Below are positions 53,092 through 64,000 of a stretch of 64,000 nt of DNA, one piece after another. The first letter of the stretch is position 1. Each line of letters begins with the position of its first letter. The stretch lies in the NCBI GenBank assembly GCA_964016885.1, contig OZ024759.1:29574001-29638000 (forward strand). The letters run 5' to 3'. Source of the stretch: Eledone cirrhosa. Taxonomy: Eukaryota. Under the pieces are notes generated by a model. That model did not search any database, had not been told where the DNA came from, and worked only from the letters and a program-made list of their open reading frames with translations. Both the position numbers and the translations under genes were made by a program.

Positions 53092-54679
53092 ATATATAAG
53101 AACAAAAGATGGTTAAAAGAGTTCCATGTATTTTATTATGCGCATTTCAAAAACAAATATCATCATGCAATAATATTTGTGTTTTCATCAGATAAAACAG
53201 GAAGACATGATATGAAGGTTAAAAAACACTTGTGGATAGTTCAGTTTTAAATCAACATATGAGAAGTAGTTTTAGATTGATGTGTGATATTGGGAAAAAT
53301 ATTTTATTTAGAGGAGGGGGGGAAGGATGAAAAAGAGGAGGAGATGAGAGTAAAAAGTGGAGAGGGAGGAGTATAATGAAGAAGGAGGAGATAGGAGGAG
53401 AGATGGGTGATAGAGAGAGAGAGATAGCTTTTATAACTGAGAAAGATATATTGTTTTACATAGAGAGGTTGAAAACCGTTGGAAGATAATGTATAAATTA
53501 AAAGAATTTGAAAATTAACGAAGAGAAAAATAATGTAAAGTTAAAGTTTGTATATTGAGGGGTTTGATAATATGTGCGATGAAAAAGAAAATGTTAATAT
53601 TTCTAATTTAGATTCTATAGATAGACGCACTGACTTGTTTTCTATCTGCTTGCATAAATTCCATAAAACATTTCACAAAGTATACAGCTAATATTCAATT
53701 CTTTATCAATTTAGAATCTTTTTCTCAAAGGCACATATATATATACACTTCTTTTAAAAATATACCCATCTTTCTACCTTATTTCAAAGGTTATTATACA
53801 TTCTATAATACTTGTTACTCATTCTACATCGCTCCTATTTATCACTTCCCTTTCTTCTCTTCTTCTTTTAATGTCTAACCCCTAATCTGTACCTTTTTCT
53901 CACTCTTGCCTAACATAGAATCAATTATTACATAATACAATACATTCTTACTCTATATCACCTTGTAAAAATCCTTCGTAAACATATACATTTTTTTGAC
54001 GTTAGATTATTCATCCTCAATTCATTATTCTTTTCTCCCTTTCATCTAACTCATTCATGCTCATCTCACAATATTTCCTTACTTAAATAACCTGTTGTTC
54101 CTTTTAATAATACATATCAACATTTTCTTAACATCGCACATATTATTAAACCCTTAAATATTATTCTCAATACATATTAACATTTTCTTTTTCATCGCAC
54201 ATATTATCAAACCCCTCAATATACAAACCTTAACTTTACATTATTTTTCTCTTCGTTAATTTTCAAATTCTTTTAATTTATACATTATCTTCCAACGGTT
54301 TTCAACCTCTCTATGTAAAACAATATATCTTTCTCAGTTATAAAAGCTATCTCTCTCTCTATCACCCATCTCTCCTCCTATCTCCTCCTTCTTCATTATA
54401 CTCCTCCCTCTCCACTTTTTACTCTCATCTCCTCCTCTTTTTCATCCTTCCCCCCCTCCTCTAAATAAAATATTTTTCCCAATATCACACATCAATCTAA
54501 AACTACTTCTCATATGTTGATTTAAAACTGAACTATCCACAAGTGTTTTTTAACCTTCATATCATGTCTTCCTGTTTTATCTGATGAAAACACAAATATT
54601 ATTGCATGATGATATTTGTTTTTGAAATGCGCATAATAAAATACATGGAACTCTTTTAACCATCTTTTGTTCTTATATA
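53092..54679 (+). mobile_element. Penelope-like element 3' end with a ~505-bp inverted arm
   Basis: 53092-53600 is a near-perfect inverse of 54174-54679; the spacer begins with NLDSIDRRTDLFSICLHKFHK*, resembling the N.RSE.FS.CRH C-terminal motif of PLE GIY-YIG ORFs. Confidence 0.65.
54575..54641 (+). ncRNA. Type I hammerhead ribozyme motif (mirror copy at about 53130-53197 on -)
   Basis: ttttat-CTGATGA-aaacacaaatatta..tgatatttgttttt-GAAA-tgcgca-ta-ataaaa. Confidence 0.7.
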
Positions 54680-54816
54680 GTATATATATATATATATATA
54701 TATATATGTCAAATGTAGAAAATATATGTATATATATAGAGAGAGAAGACACATAATATATATAAGTGTATGTATGTATATGTATATACATATATATATA
54801 TATGTATGTATATGTG

Positions 54817-54859
<43 letters not shown>

Positions 54860-55571
54860 GTATATATATATATATACACATATACACCGTTTGTTAAATT
54901 ACCATTAACTGATGAGAGACAGATGACAGAGTTAGCAATCAGTATCAAATATTTCATATTTCATATTTCAGAAAACCCTTCAAATAGATTCGTCAGTGAA
55001 CAACCACAGATCTTCCCAGGAAGGGGCAGATTACTCTTGTCATCAAGTCAATGCTTAAAGCTAAATTGTTTTTGTTGGTTTCTATATATCTATCATTTAT
55101 TCATTTTAGTAGAAAGATAGTTAGAAACAAAATATGACAAGCATTTTATATTTCTCTAATGTATTTCTGGTAAAACAAAGAAAAAAACCCCCCAAAACAA
55201 AGAGAAAAATCTATTGGAAGAGAAAATATCACAAGTTTATTATTTTTTTCTATGTCACAGTTGGAGTGGATAGTTAGTTGTCAGTCACATGATTTCTAAT
55301 TTAGGCACAAGGCCAGCAATTTGGGAGCAAAGAGAAAAATTGGAGTTGTGATCTCTCAATTTGCTACTTCTTCGAATTGAGAGATCACAGCTCTAATACA
55401 ATGGGTATGTGGTTAGAATGTCTCAGGAAAGAATCACTGGAGAGTCACTTCAGGTAGAGCTGCTTCTTCTCTGAATTGAGAGATCACAGCTCTAATACTA
55501 TGGGCATGTGGTTAGAATGTCTCAGGAAAGAATCGTTGGAAAGATCTGTAGCCCAGAGGAAAGTGATATAT

Positions 55572-55928
55572 GTGGAAAGTGATATATGTAAGAAGGCTAA
55601 CTCAATGCAAAATGGACGTTAAGATGAAAGCAACGAAAAAGTTAGTTCCCTGCTAATTTTTTTTTTTTGTCTTGATATTTTGCAACTTAAAACACCCTTC
55701 GTCAGAGTATTAGGAACTCTTAGCGCAAAACGTTCCAGTCTAATCTCGAAGTGGATAGGCCGGAACATTTTTCTCAGAGTTTCCTATACTCTGATGAAGG
55801 GATTTTAGTCTCAAAATATTAGGACAAAAAAAAAAAAAGATTACTGGGTAACTAACTTTTTCGTTGCTTTCATCTTACTGTCAATTTTGCATTGAATTAG
55901 TCTTCTTACATATATATCACTTTCCACA
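55572..55928. mobile_element. Diverged fold-back element with degenerate hammerhead core
   Basis: About 170-bp imperfect inverted arms; ctgatgaagg at 55791. Confidence 0.5.
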
Positions 55929-55968
55929 TTATATATATTATGTATTATTTAGTTAAATATGGTCTTAC

Positions 55969-56060
55969 CTTCATATTTACCAATCCACGTTCATGAAGGA
56001 CATAACCACGAAGTTTATCTAATAAGAATTTGGTGGTTTCACTACAGTGGATCTTCAAAG
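55969..56060 (-). CDS. Guanylyl cyclase exon
   Basis: aaacag|...|gtaag, 92 bp; (S)LKIHCSETTKFLLDKLRGYVLHERGLVNMK. Confidence 0.92.
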
Positions 56061-56625
56061 CTGTTTACGAAGACAAGAACAATAATAAAATTTAGTACAC
56101 ACACACACATATATATATATAGTGGTAAAAAACCAGAGTATGGTAGATGCCTGATGGTGGTAAACGTGATATTGTGAGTTCGATTCCCAGATAGGGCGAT
56201 GTGTTATTTCACATTGCTCCTTCTGTCAGGTGTTGCAACCGGTAGTTTGCTTGAAGCATTCCTCCTCCTCCTCCTCATCATCATCATCATACGTCTGCTT
56301 TTCCTTGCTTCCAAGGGTGGGACGAGTCCTATTCAGCACGGTCCTTCGTCATCTCCTCCATGAGCTTCAGCGATCTGAGGTCTGCTCTCACTCCCTCCGC
56401 CCATGATTTTTGTGGTCTTCTTCTACTGCATCTTCCTTCTACTGGAATTTATTGGCAATTCTTCACCCAGCGGTCATCCTCCATGTGCATCACATGTCCA
56501 TACCAATGTAGTCTTCTCTCCAGCACACTACAGCTTATCCTTCTTACACACAGTTTCTCTCTCAACTCGTCTATGCTTGGTCATTCACGCATACAAAAGA
56601 ATTAAACAACCATTAGTATATTTAA

Positions 56626-56846
56626 CCCTTTAGCATTTACATTACTCTATATATACGATTATATTTTCATGGTAAAGGCTTTACCTCACATAATTATCTC
56701 ACATAATATTGAATCTATGAGATTTTGATAGTATTTAGGTTGAGAACAATACCTTAACATCATTATAAATGGCCAATTACAGTCGGTTTGAACAGAAAGA
56801 GGTGAGAGAATTCTGGCCATATATGGCTTGTTTAAATGCTAAAGGG
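56626..56846 (+). mobile_element. piggyBac-like MITE
   Basis: TTAA target duplication and 14-bp TIR ccctttagcattta. Confidence 0.85.
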
Positions 56847-56899
56847 TTAAAAGAAAGCATAAGATGTGAAAGGAAAAGTAAAAATAAATGTTGACTTAC

Positions 56900-56998
56900 A
56901 TTCGCCATTGCTTTCCATTCGAGAAGCTGTGTTGACCGTATCACCAAAGAGACAGTAACGAGGCATAATTAAGCCAACAACTCCTGCCACACAATGGC
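56900..56998 (-). CDS. Guanylyl cyclase exon (catalytic)
   Basis: ttccag|...|gtaagt, 99 bp; [33 protein letters not shown]. Confidence 0.95.
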
Positions 56999-57499
56999 CT
57001 GGAATAAAGATAGTTATATAATGACTGAGAGGGAGAGAGAGAGAGAGATAGAGAATCAGTGAAAAGGAAAGAGAGGATTAGAAAGAGTGAGAAAAAGTGG
57101 TTAAATTAATTATATATATATATATATATATATACATATATATATACATTTATATCTACACACACATGCACATATATATACACATACACATATATACACA
57201 CACATGCACACATATATATATACACACACACACACATATATACACACACATGCACACATATATATATACACACACATACACATATATACACACACACGCA
57301 CACACATATATATACACACACACACACACATATATATATATACACACACACACACACATATATATACACACACACACACATATATATACACACACACACA
57401 CACGTATATATATACACACACACACACATATATATATACACACACACACATATATACACACACACACATACATATATACACACACACACACATATATAT

Positions 57500-57534
<35 letters not shown>

Positions 57535-57661
57535 CCAAACAATTTCATGAGTATAAGTATGACCACCTGCCTCAGATCAATAAACAAACGAAATCTGAAA
57601 TAAATGTTGGAGGGTTTGTTTTAAGAAGGGCCATAAATTTTCTTCTTCATTCTTCTCAAAT

Positions 57662-57991
57662 GGAGGCACATGGCTTGGTGGTAAGAGCATTGGCCTTGCA
57701 ATCAAAAAGTTGGGAGTTCAATTCTCAGACCGGGTGATGTGTTGTTTCCTTGAGCAAGACACTTTATTTCACATTGCTCCAGTTTACTCAGCTGTAGAAA
57801 TGAGATGATAGGGACTGGGGTCCATATCATTCCACTCCAAAGTGGTCGGGGAGGTGCCACGGCAAAAAAGCACCCAGCACTCACTGTAAATGAGGTTGGT
57901 GTTAGGAAGGGCATCCAGCTGTAGAAATCAAGCCAGAATCAGTCCCTTCCCACCCTTGCAAGCAGGGAAAAGCGGACGTAAAATGATGATG
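57662..57991 (+). mobile_element. tRNA-derived SINE family 1
   Basis: Near-identical to 1686-2018. Confidence 0.85.
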
Positions 57992-58049
57992 AAATGATTC
58001 TTCTTCTTCTTCTTTTTCTTCATCATTTTTCAGCCCTGTGGGCTGAAAT

Positions 58050-58600
58050 GAAGGAGCTGGCTGGTGGGGAAATTTCAGAAGGGCCATCATTGGAAAAATG
58101 AAATGAAGTAGCTGGTGGGACTGATCTTTTAAGAAGGGTTACCATTGGTAATGTGAAATAAAGGAATTGGTGGGTCTGGTCTTTTAAGAAGGGCAACCAT
58201 TGGTAATGTGAAACAAAGGGGCTGGATGGTGGCTCTGATGTTTTAAGAAGGGTCACCATTGGTAATGTGAAACAAAGGAGCTGGTGGGTCTGATCTTTTA
58301 AGAAGGGTTACCATTGGTAATGCGAAACAGAAGGGCTGGTGGGTCTAATATTTTAAGAAGGGTCACCATTGGTAATGTGAAACAAAGGAGATGGTGGGTC
58401 TGAATTTTTAAGAAGGGTTACCATTGGTAATATGAAACGAAGGGGCTGGATGGTGGGTCTGATCTTTTAAGAAGGGTTACCATTGGTAATGTGAAATGAA
58501 GGGGCTGGTGGGTCTTAATTTTTAAGAAGGGTTACCATTGGTAATATGAAATGAAGGAGCTGAATGTTTGGTAGATCTGATATTTTAAAAAAGGGCCATC
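58050..58600. repeat. 55-59-bp minisatellite, about 9 copies
   Basis: Unit ccattggtaatgtgaaacaaaggagctggtgggtctgatcttttaagaagggtta. Confidence 0.9.
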
Positions 58601-58615
58601 ATTGATTATATTTAC

Positions 58616-58859
58616 CTGAGTGTATTCCGATACGGAGTTTAATAACTTCCTTCGGTTTGTGACGAATCTTGAATGTGCAAATAGCATTTAAAAGGTGTAA
58701 AGACATGGAGGCTATTTCCCCAGCATGGTTGTCCCCATTGCGTATAGGGATCCCACTGACAACCATATAGGCATCACCAATGGTCTCCACTTTGTACACA
58801 TCGTAATGGTGGATGATGGAGTCAAATAATGTATAAAGATCATTCAACAGATCAACAAC
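58616..58859 (-). CDS. Guanylyl cyclase exon (catalytic)
   Basis: ttttag|...|gtaaat, 244 bp; [36 protein letters not shown]...LRIGIHSG. Confidence 0.95.
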
Positions 58860-59196
58860 CTAAAATATACAAAAGAAAGAAATGACAAAGGATTAATAAG
58901 TTCTGATGAACAGATCAGTATTTGAGCCGGGTTTATAGCACAACAAATATGGACATGTGAGATCAGTTGTTGGTCACTAACTTTTTACAAAACATACACT
59001 CTACTTTCCCAAGTATTGAGTACTTAACTAAACCTGGTCTTACTAGTTTAAACTGGTAACTCTCAGTCTCTCTCTCTCTATATATATATATTTGCAAGAG
59101 ATGTCAACATGAATGGACTTATTATTTTTATCTAAAGACATTTTTTTCCAATTCCAACCTGCCCGTCCCCTCAATCTATCTTATTTCTCATTCTTT

Positions 59197-59232
59197 CTTC
59201 TGATGAAGGACTAGCGTCCGAAACGTTAAGAC
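59197..59232 (+). ncRNA. Minimal hammerhead motif with palindromic stem III (family I)
   Basis: CTGATGA-a-ggac-tagc-gtcc-GAAA-cgtt-a-aga. Confidence 0.6.
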
Positions 59233-59331
59233 CCTCTTCCTGCTATATCAAGCGTTAACCTAATATATACCTTCCATATACTGTACCGATTGTGTTGTTT
59301 TTTCTGTTTACCTTTTACATACATATATATG

Positions 59332-59393
<62 letters not shown>

Positions 59394-59394
59394 T

Positions 59395-59698
59395 ATATTA
59401 ACAAATGGAAACTATATTTATAAAACCATATTTATTTCATTATACATATTTCAAGGACACCAAAGCAAATTATGGTGCGCTTTCATCAGATAAAATATAA
59501 TATAGATCAGTTTTATAAACAAATATTGACATACCCTTAAAGAATCCTTGAAATATGTATAATGAAATAAATATGGTTTTATAAATATAGTTTCCATTTG
59601 TTAATATATTGTATTTTTACTCCAATAATTTGTTGAGTGCTTTATATCAGTTATAAAAATATTTGCTTGTTGTATCCCAACAAATTAAATATAACTTC
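59395..59698 (+). mobile_element. Fold-back Penelope-like terminus, family F (third copy)
   Basis: Homologous to 34625-35174; hammerhead on - at about 59435-59495. Confidence 0.6.
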
Positions 59699-60188
59699 TA
59701 CATATGTATATATATATATGTATATATATATATGTATATATATATATATGTATGTATATGTATATATATATATATATGTATACCTAAGTACAAAGTGAAA
59801 CCTACTACAGTCAGTAGGCACCTCTAACAAAATACACCCCCGTCCCACTACCTCCACCCCATCCACACCGCCCCTTTCAATGTAAAGTTATGTTGGTACC
59901 ACAACATCCAGGCCAAAACAAATGAGTCGTGTAGGTGTCACGACAAAAAAAACACAGTCCACGCTGTAATGTGGCCGTGCAGGTAACACGGTAAAAACCT
60001 CCCAGCCCCACACTGTAAATGTGGTTGGTGTTAGGAAGGGCATCCAGCTGTAGAAAACCTGCCAGACAGTCCTATGCGAGCAAGACAACCACTCTTGCCT
60101 CAAGTGGGAAAACTCCCGTCCAAACCCATGCAAGCGTGGAATGTGGACGTTAAATGATGAGGATGATGATGATGATATATATATATAT

Positions 60189-60516
60189 GGAGGCACATGG
60201 CTTAGTGGTTAGAGCATTGGCCTTGCAATCGAAAGGTTGTGAGTTCAATTCTCAGACCAGGTGATGTGTTGTTTCCTTGAGCAAGGCACTTTATTTCATA
60301 TTGCTCCAGTTTACTCAGCTGTAGAAATGAGATGATAGGGGCTGGGGTCCCTATCATTCCACTGCAAAGTGGTCGTGGAGGTGCCACGGCAAAAAAGCAC
60401 CCAGCACTCACTGTAAATGAGGTTGGTGTTAGGAAGGGCATCCAGCTGTAGAAATCAAGCCAGAATCAGTTCCTGTCCCACCCTTGCAAGCAGGGAAAAG
60501 TGGACGTAAAATGATG

Positions 60517-60518
<2 letters not shown>
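60189..60518 (+). mobile_element. tRNA-derived SINE family 1
   Basis: Near-identical to 1686-2018. Confidence 0.85.
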
Positions 60519-60550
<32 letters not shown>

Positions 60551-60725
60551 GTATTGGCCTTTGCCTTGCACTTGGACAACATCAGTGGTGTGGAGAAGGG
60601 ATACTGGTATGCATGGGTGACTGATGGTCTTTTACAAACAACCTTGCCAGGACTTGTGTCTCGGAGGAGAACTTTCTAGGTAAAAACCCACAGTCATTAG
60701 TGACTGATGAGGGCCTCTTTCTTAA

Positions 60726-60923
60726 CCCTTTAGCATTTACTATTGTATTTTCATGGTAAATACTTTATTTCACATATTTATCTCATAATATCTATGAAAT
60801 TTTGATATTATTTATTTTGAGAACAATACCTTAACATCAGTATGAGCAGCCGGTTACAGTCGGTTTGAACAGAAAGAGGTAAGAGAATTCTGGCCGGATA
60901 TGGCCAGTTTAAATGCTAAAGAG
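60726..60923 (+). mobile_element. piggyBac-like MITE
   Basis: TTAA flanks, homologous to 56626-56846. Confidence 0.8.
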
Positions 60924-60952
60924 TTAATGCAATTCATTTTTTCATTTCATTT

Positions 60953-61277
60953 CATTTTACGTCCACTTTTCCCTGCTTGCAATGGTGGGACGGGAACTGA
61001 TTCTGGCTTGATTTCTACAGCTGGATGCCCTTCCTAACACCAACCTCATTTACAGTGAGTGCTGGGTGCTTTTTTGCCGTGGCACCTCCACGACCACTTT
61101 GCAGTGGAATGATAGGGACCCCCGTCCCTATCATCTCATTTCTACAGCTGAGTAAACTGGAGCAATGTGAAATAAAGTGTCTTGCTCAAGGAAACAATAC
61201 ATCACCCGGTCTGAGAATTGAACTCACAACCTTTCGATTGCAAGGCCAATGCTCTAACCAGTAAGCCATGTGCCTCC
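60953..61277 (-). mobile_element. tRNA-derived SINE family 1 (inverted copy)
   Basis: Reverse complement of 60189-60518. Confidence 0.85.
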
Positions 61278-61365
61278 ATGTGGATCAAAATTAAAAATAT
61301 CAAATGTGAGCTTTCTATCTCCCTCACATACCACTTTCACCTTTTCTCTGTTCTTCCATTCCCAG

Positions 61366-61467
61366 ATTGAAGTTGAAGAAGGAGAATTGATATGTCCAGA
61401 GACTGACAAGAAGTTTCCCATAAAGAATGGAATCCCCAACATGTTATTAACTGGAGATGTGCCTTAA
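61366..61467 (+). CDS. TRMT112: TRMT112 (methyltransferase activator subunit) terminal exon, apparently isolated
   Basis: Polypyrimidine tract and cccag| then [33 protein letters not shown], matching the conserved Trm112 C-terminus EG.L.CPE.G+.FPI..GIPNMLL. Confidence 0.75.
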   Translation: MEVEEGELICPETDKKFPIKNGIPNMLLTGDVP

Positions 61468-62647
61468 TGTACGTAATTTTAATTTGTAATTAATTTAATT
61501 AAATTTTCAAAAGTTGTGAAGATATATGAATGAATTCCGTCTCATTAATTATCCAATTAACTTTCAGCTTCCGTTTAATTATCATTAAAAATACTTTGAA
61601 GTAGAAGAGTGCTAGGTTAAGTAAGTAGTTTGCGTGAAATTCTGAAGATTTTTGTCTTTGGTTAACCAGATGAGGTTAGTTTCACTAATCTAAACAATTT
61701 TTATTCTACACCCCCGTCTCTCTCTTATCCCTCTGTCTCCCTCTCTCTGTCATTCCCTTTCTCTCTCTCTCATCCCCATGTCTCCCTCTCTGTCTCTGTC
61801 ATTCACTTTCTTTTGCCCTCATCCCTCTGTCTCTCTCTTCTCTCTCACTCTCCCCTCACTCTGTCTCTCTCATTGTCCCTCTCTGTTTTCCTCTCTTTCT
61901 CTGTCTCTCACTCTCTCTCTTTGTCTGCCTCTCTCTCCCCCCCTCTCTCACCTCTCCTTCCATCTCTGTCTCACTCTCTCCTTTCAATCCATCTCTCTCG
62001 CATCACTCCGTCCATCTCTCTCTCTCTCGCATCCCCTCCCCCCCCCTCCATCTCTCTCTCCCTCCACCTCTGTCTCATTTTCTCATTTCAATACATCTCT
62101 CTCCCTCCACCTCTGTCTCATTTTCTCATTTCAATACATCTCTCTCCCTCCACCTCTGTCTCATTTTCTCATTTCAATACATCTCTCTCCCTCACTCGCC
62201 CATCTCTTCATCCATCTCTCTCCCCCCTCTCCCTCTCTCCCCCTCTACCTCCCATCTCGCCTCCTCTCTACATGGAGTCTTAATATATCTCACAAGATGT
62301 CACTGACATACAATCAACTGCTAATGGTGCTCTCGTTAAACGTAAGGTAACATCTTAACATTTAACGCACAAACAACAACAACAACAACAACAACAACAA
62401 GGATGGCGAAGACAGTGACACTGACTGTAGTGATGGTGATGACGATGATGATGGTGGTGGTGACGATGATGATGGTGGTGATGATGATGGTGCTGATTGG
62501 TGGTGGTGATGATGATGATGGTGATGGTGATAATGATGTTGATCATGGTGGCGTTATTGATGATGGTGATGATGGTGATCATGGTGATATTGACGACGAT
62601 GACAACAACAACAACAACAACAAAGAGGACAATGACACTGATTGCAG

Positions 62648-62684
<37 letters not shown>

Positions 62685-62685
<1 letters not shown>

Positions 62686-63325
62686 GTTTCTATTTTTGGC
62701 ACAAGGCCAGCAATTACCCCAGTGCATTACTGGTACTTTATTTTACCGACACACACAAGGATGAAGGGCAAAGCTTACCTTGACAGGATTTGAACTCAGA
62801 ACACAAAGGGCCACAACTCTATGCTGCAAAGCATGTTGTTTGATGCTCTACCGATACTGCCAACCCACTGTTCTACTACTACTACTACTATTACTACTGC
62901 TACTACTACTACTACTATTACTACTACTACTACTACTAATAATAATAATTGTTTCTACTTTAGGCACAAGGCCAGCAATTACCCAGTGCATTACTGGTAC
63001 TTTATTTTATCGACCCCGTAAGGATGAAAGGCAAAGTCAACCTCGGCGGGATTTGAACTCAGATCGTAAAGGGACGAAATTCTATGCTGCAAAGCATGGT
63101 GTCCGGCCCTCTACCGATACTGCTAATTTACTACTACTATTACTAATAATAAAAGTAATAATTGTTTCTACCTTTGGCACAAGGCCAGCAATTATCCCAG
63201 TGCATTACTGGTACTTTATTTTATCGTTAACCTAGGCGGGATTTGAACTAAGATCTTAAAGGGCCATAACTCTATGCCACAAAACATGCTGTCCGATGCT
63301 CTACTGACCCAGCCAATCCCTGGCC
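62685..63325 (-). mobile_element. Three SINE family 2 copies separated by (tac)n/(aat)n tracts
   Basis: Homology to 20017-20205. Confidence 0.8.
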
Positions 63326-63371
63326 TTTGTATAATACAATATATTAATGAAAATTGAAAATGTTATTTTAC

Positions 63372-63495
63372 CTCCATTGGGGTACTTTCAGCTGATAGAG
63401 CAGTAAACCCACAGATATCACTGAAATAGATGGTCACAGTCTGGTAGCTCTCGGGTTTAACAGGTAAACCTTTCTTTAGAGTTTCAGCCACGGAC
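63372..63495 (-). CDS. Guanylyl cyclase exon (start of catalytic domain)
   Basis: caaag|...|gtaaaa, 124 bp; [41 protein letters not shown]; the gene continues beyond the window end. Confidence 0.95.
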
Positions 63496-64000
63496 CTTTG
63501 AGAAGATAAAATAGAAGGAAGCATGGAGTAGGGTTAGTATAAACAACAACAGCAGCAATAACAACAACAGTAATAACGACATTGAGTAGGGTTAGCATTA
63601 AGTAGCTGATAGACATGTTACAACAACAACAATGAAGAAGAAGAAGAAGAAGGTGAAGAAACAGAAGAAGAATGAGAAGAAGAAGAAGAAAGCAAATAAT
63701 ATTAATAATAATAATAATAATAATTGTTTCTACTTTTAGGCACAAGGCCAGCAATTACCCAGTACATTACTGGTACTTTATTTAATGCTTTCTTTATTAA
63801 GCACAAGGGTTGACACAAAGTATAACATTTAGGACAACACAGGACAATACAAATGGGCATTTCTGCGTGTAAAAAAAAACAAAAGCAGAGTGTGACAAAA
63901 GAAAACAATGAAAAATTCCCAATGGGGGGTGGGGGGTGGGAGGGGGGAGACCTCCGAGGGTTGCTCATGGAGAAAAGCCAACTTACCCTCTGGGTCCAAG

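Noticed and set aside
61778-62793. Ser/Leu/Pro-rich and Asp/Met/His-rich ORFs
   Set aside because: Derived from (CT)n and (GAT)n simple repeats within the cyclase intron

Overview
AT-rich, microsatellite-dense animal genomic DNA. The SINE and RTE repertoire resembles octopod cephalopods (inference). The window holds the 3' ends of two convergent spliced genes about 37 kb apart. On + is an ADAMTSL2-like gene (6 exons, TSP1 repeats plus PLAC, stop at 14678). On - is a receptor-type guanylyl cyclase (5 exons, stop at 51391). A lone TRMT112-like terminal exon lies antisense inside a cyclase intron. The rest is repeat-derived: one near-complete intact RTE LINE, many RTE fragments, two tRNA-derived SINE families, piggyBac, mariner and Helitron non-autonomous elements, and several minisatellites. 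The most notable signal is a set of short Penelope-like element termini, from at least six families, inserted in (TA)n tracts. They carry type I hammerhead ribozyme motifs, fold-back arms with reproducible endpoints, and a shared ACTCT...ATTGAGTRC motif. Almost all ORFs in the supplied track are (TA)n/(CA)n artefacts. Coordinates were read by eye; repeat boundaries are approximate.
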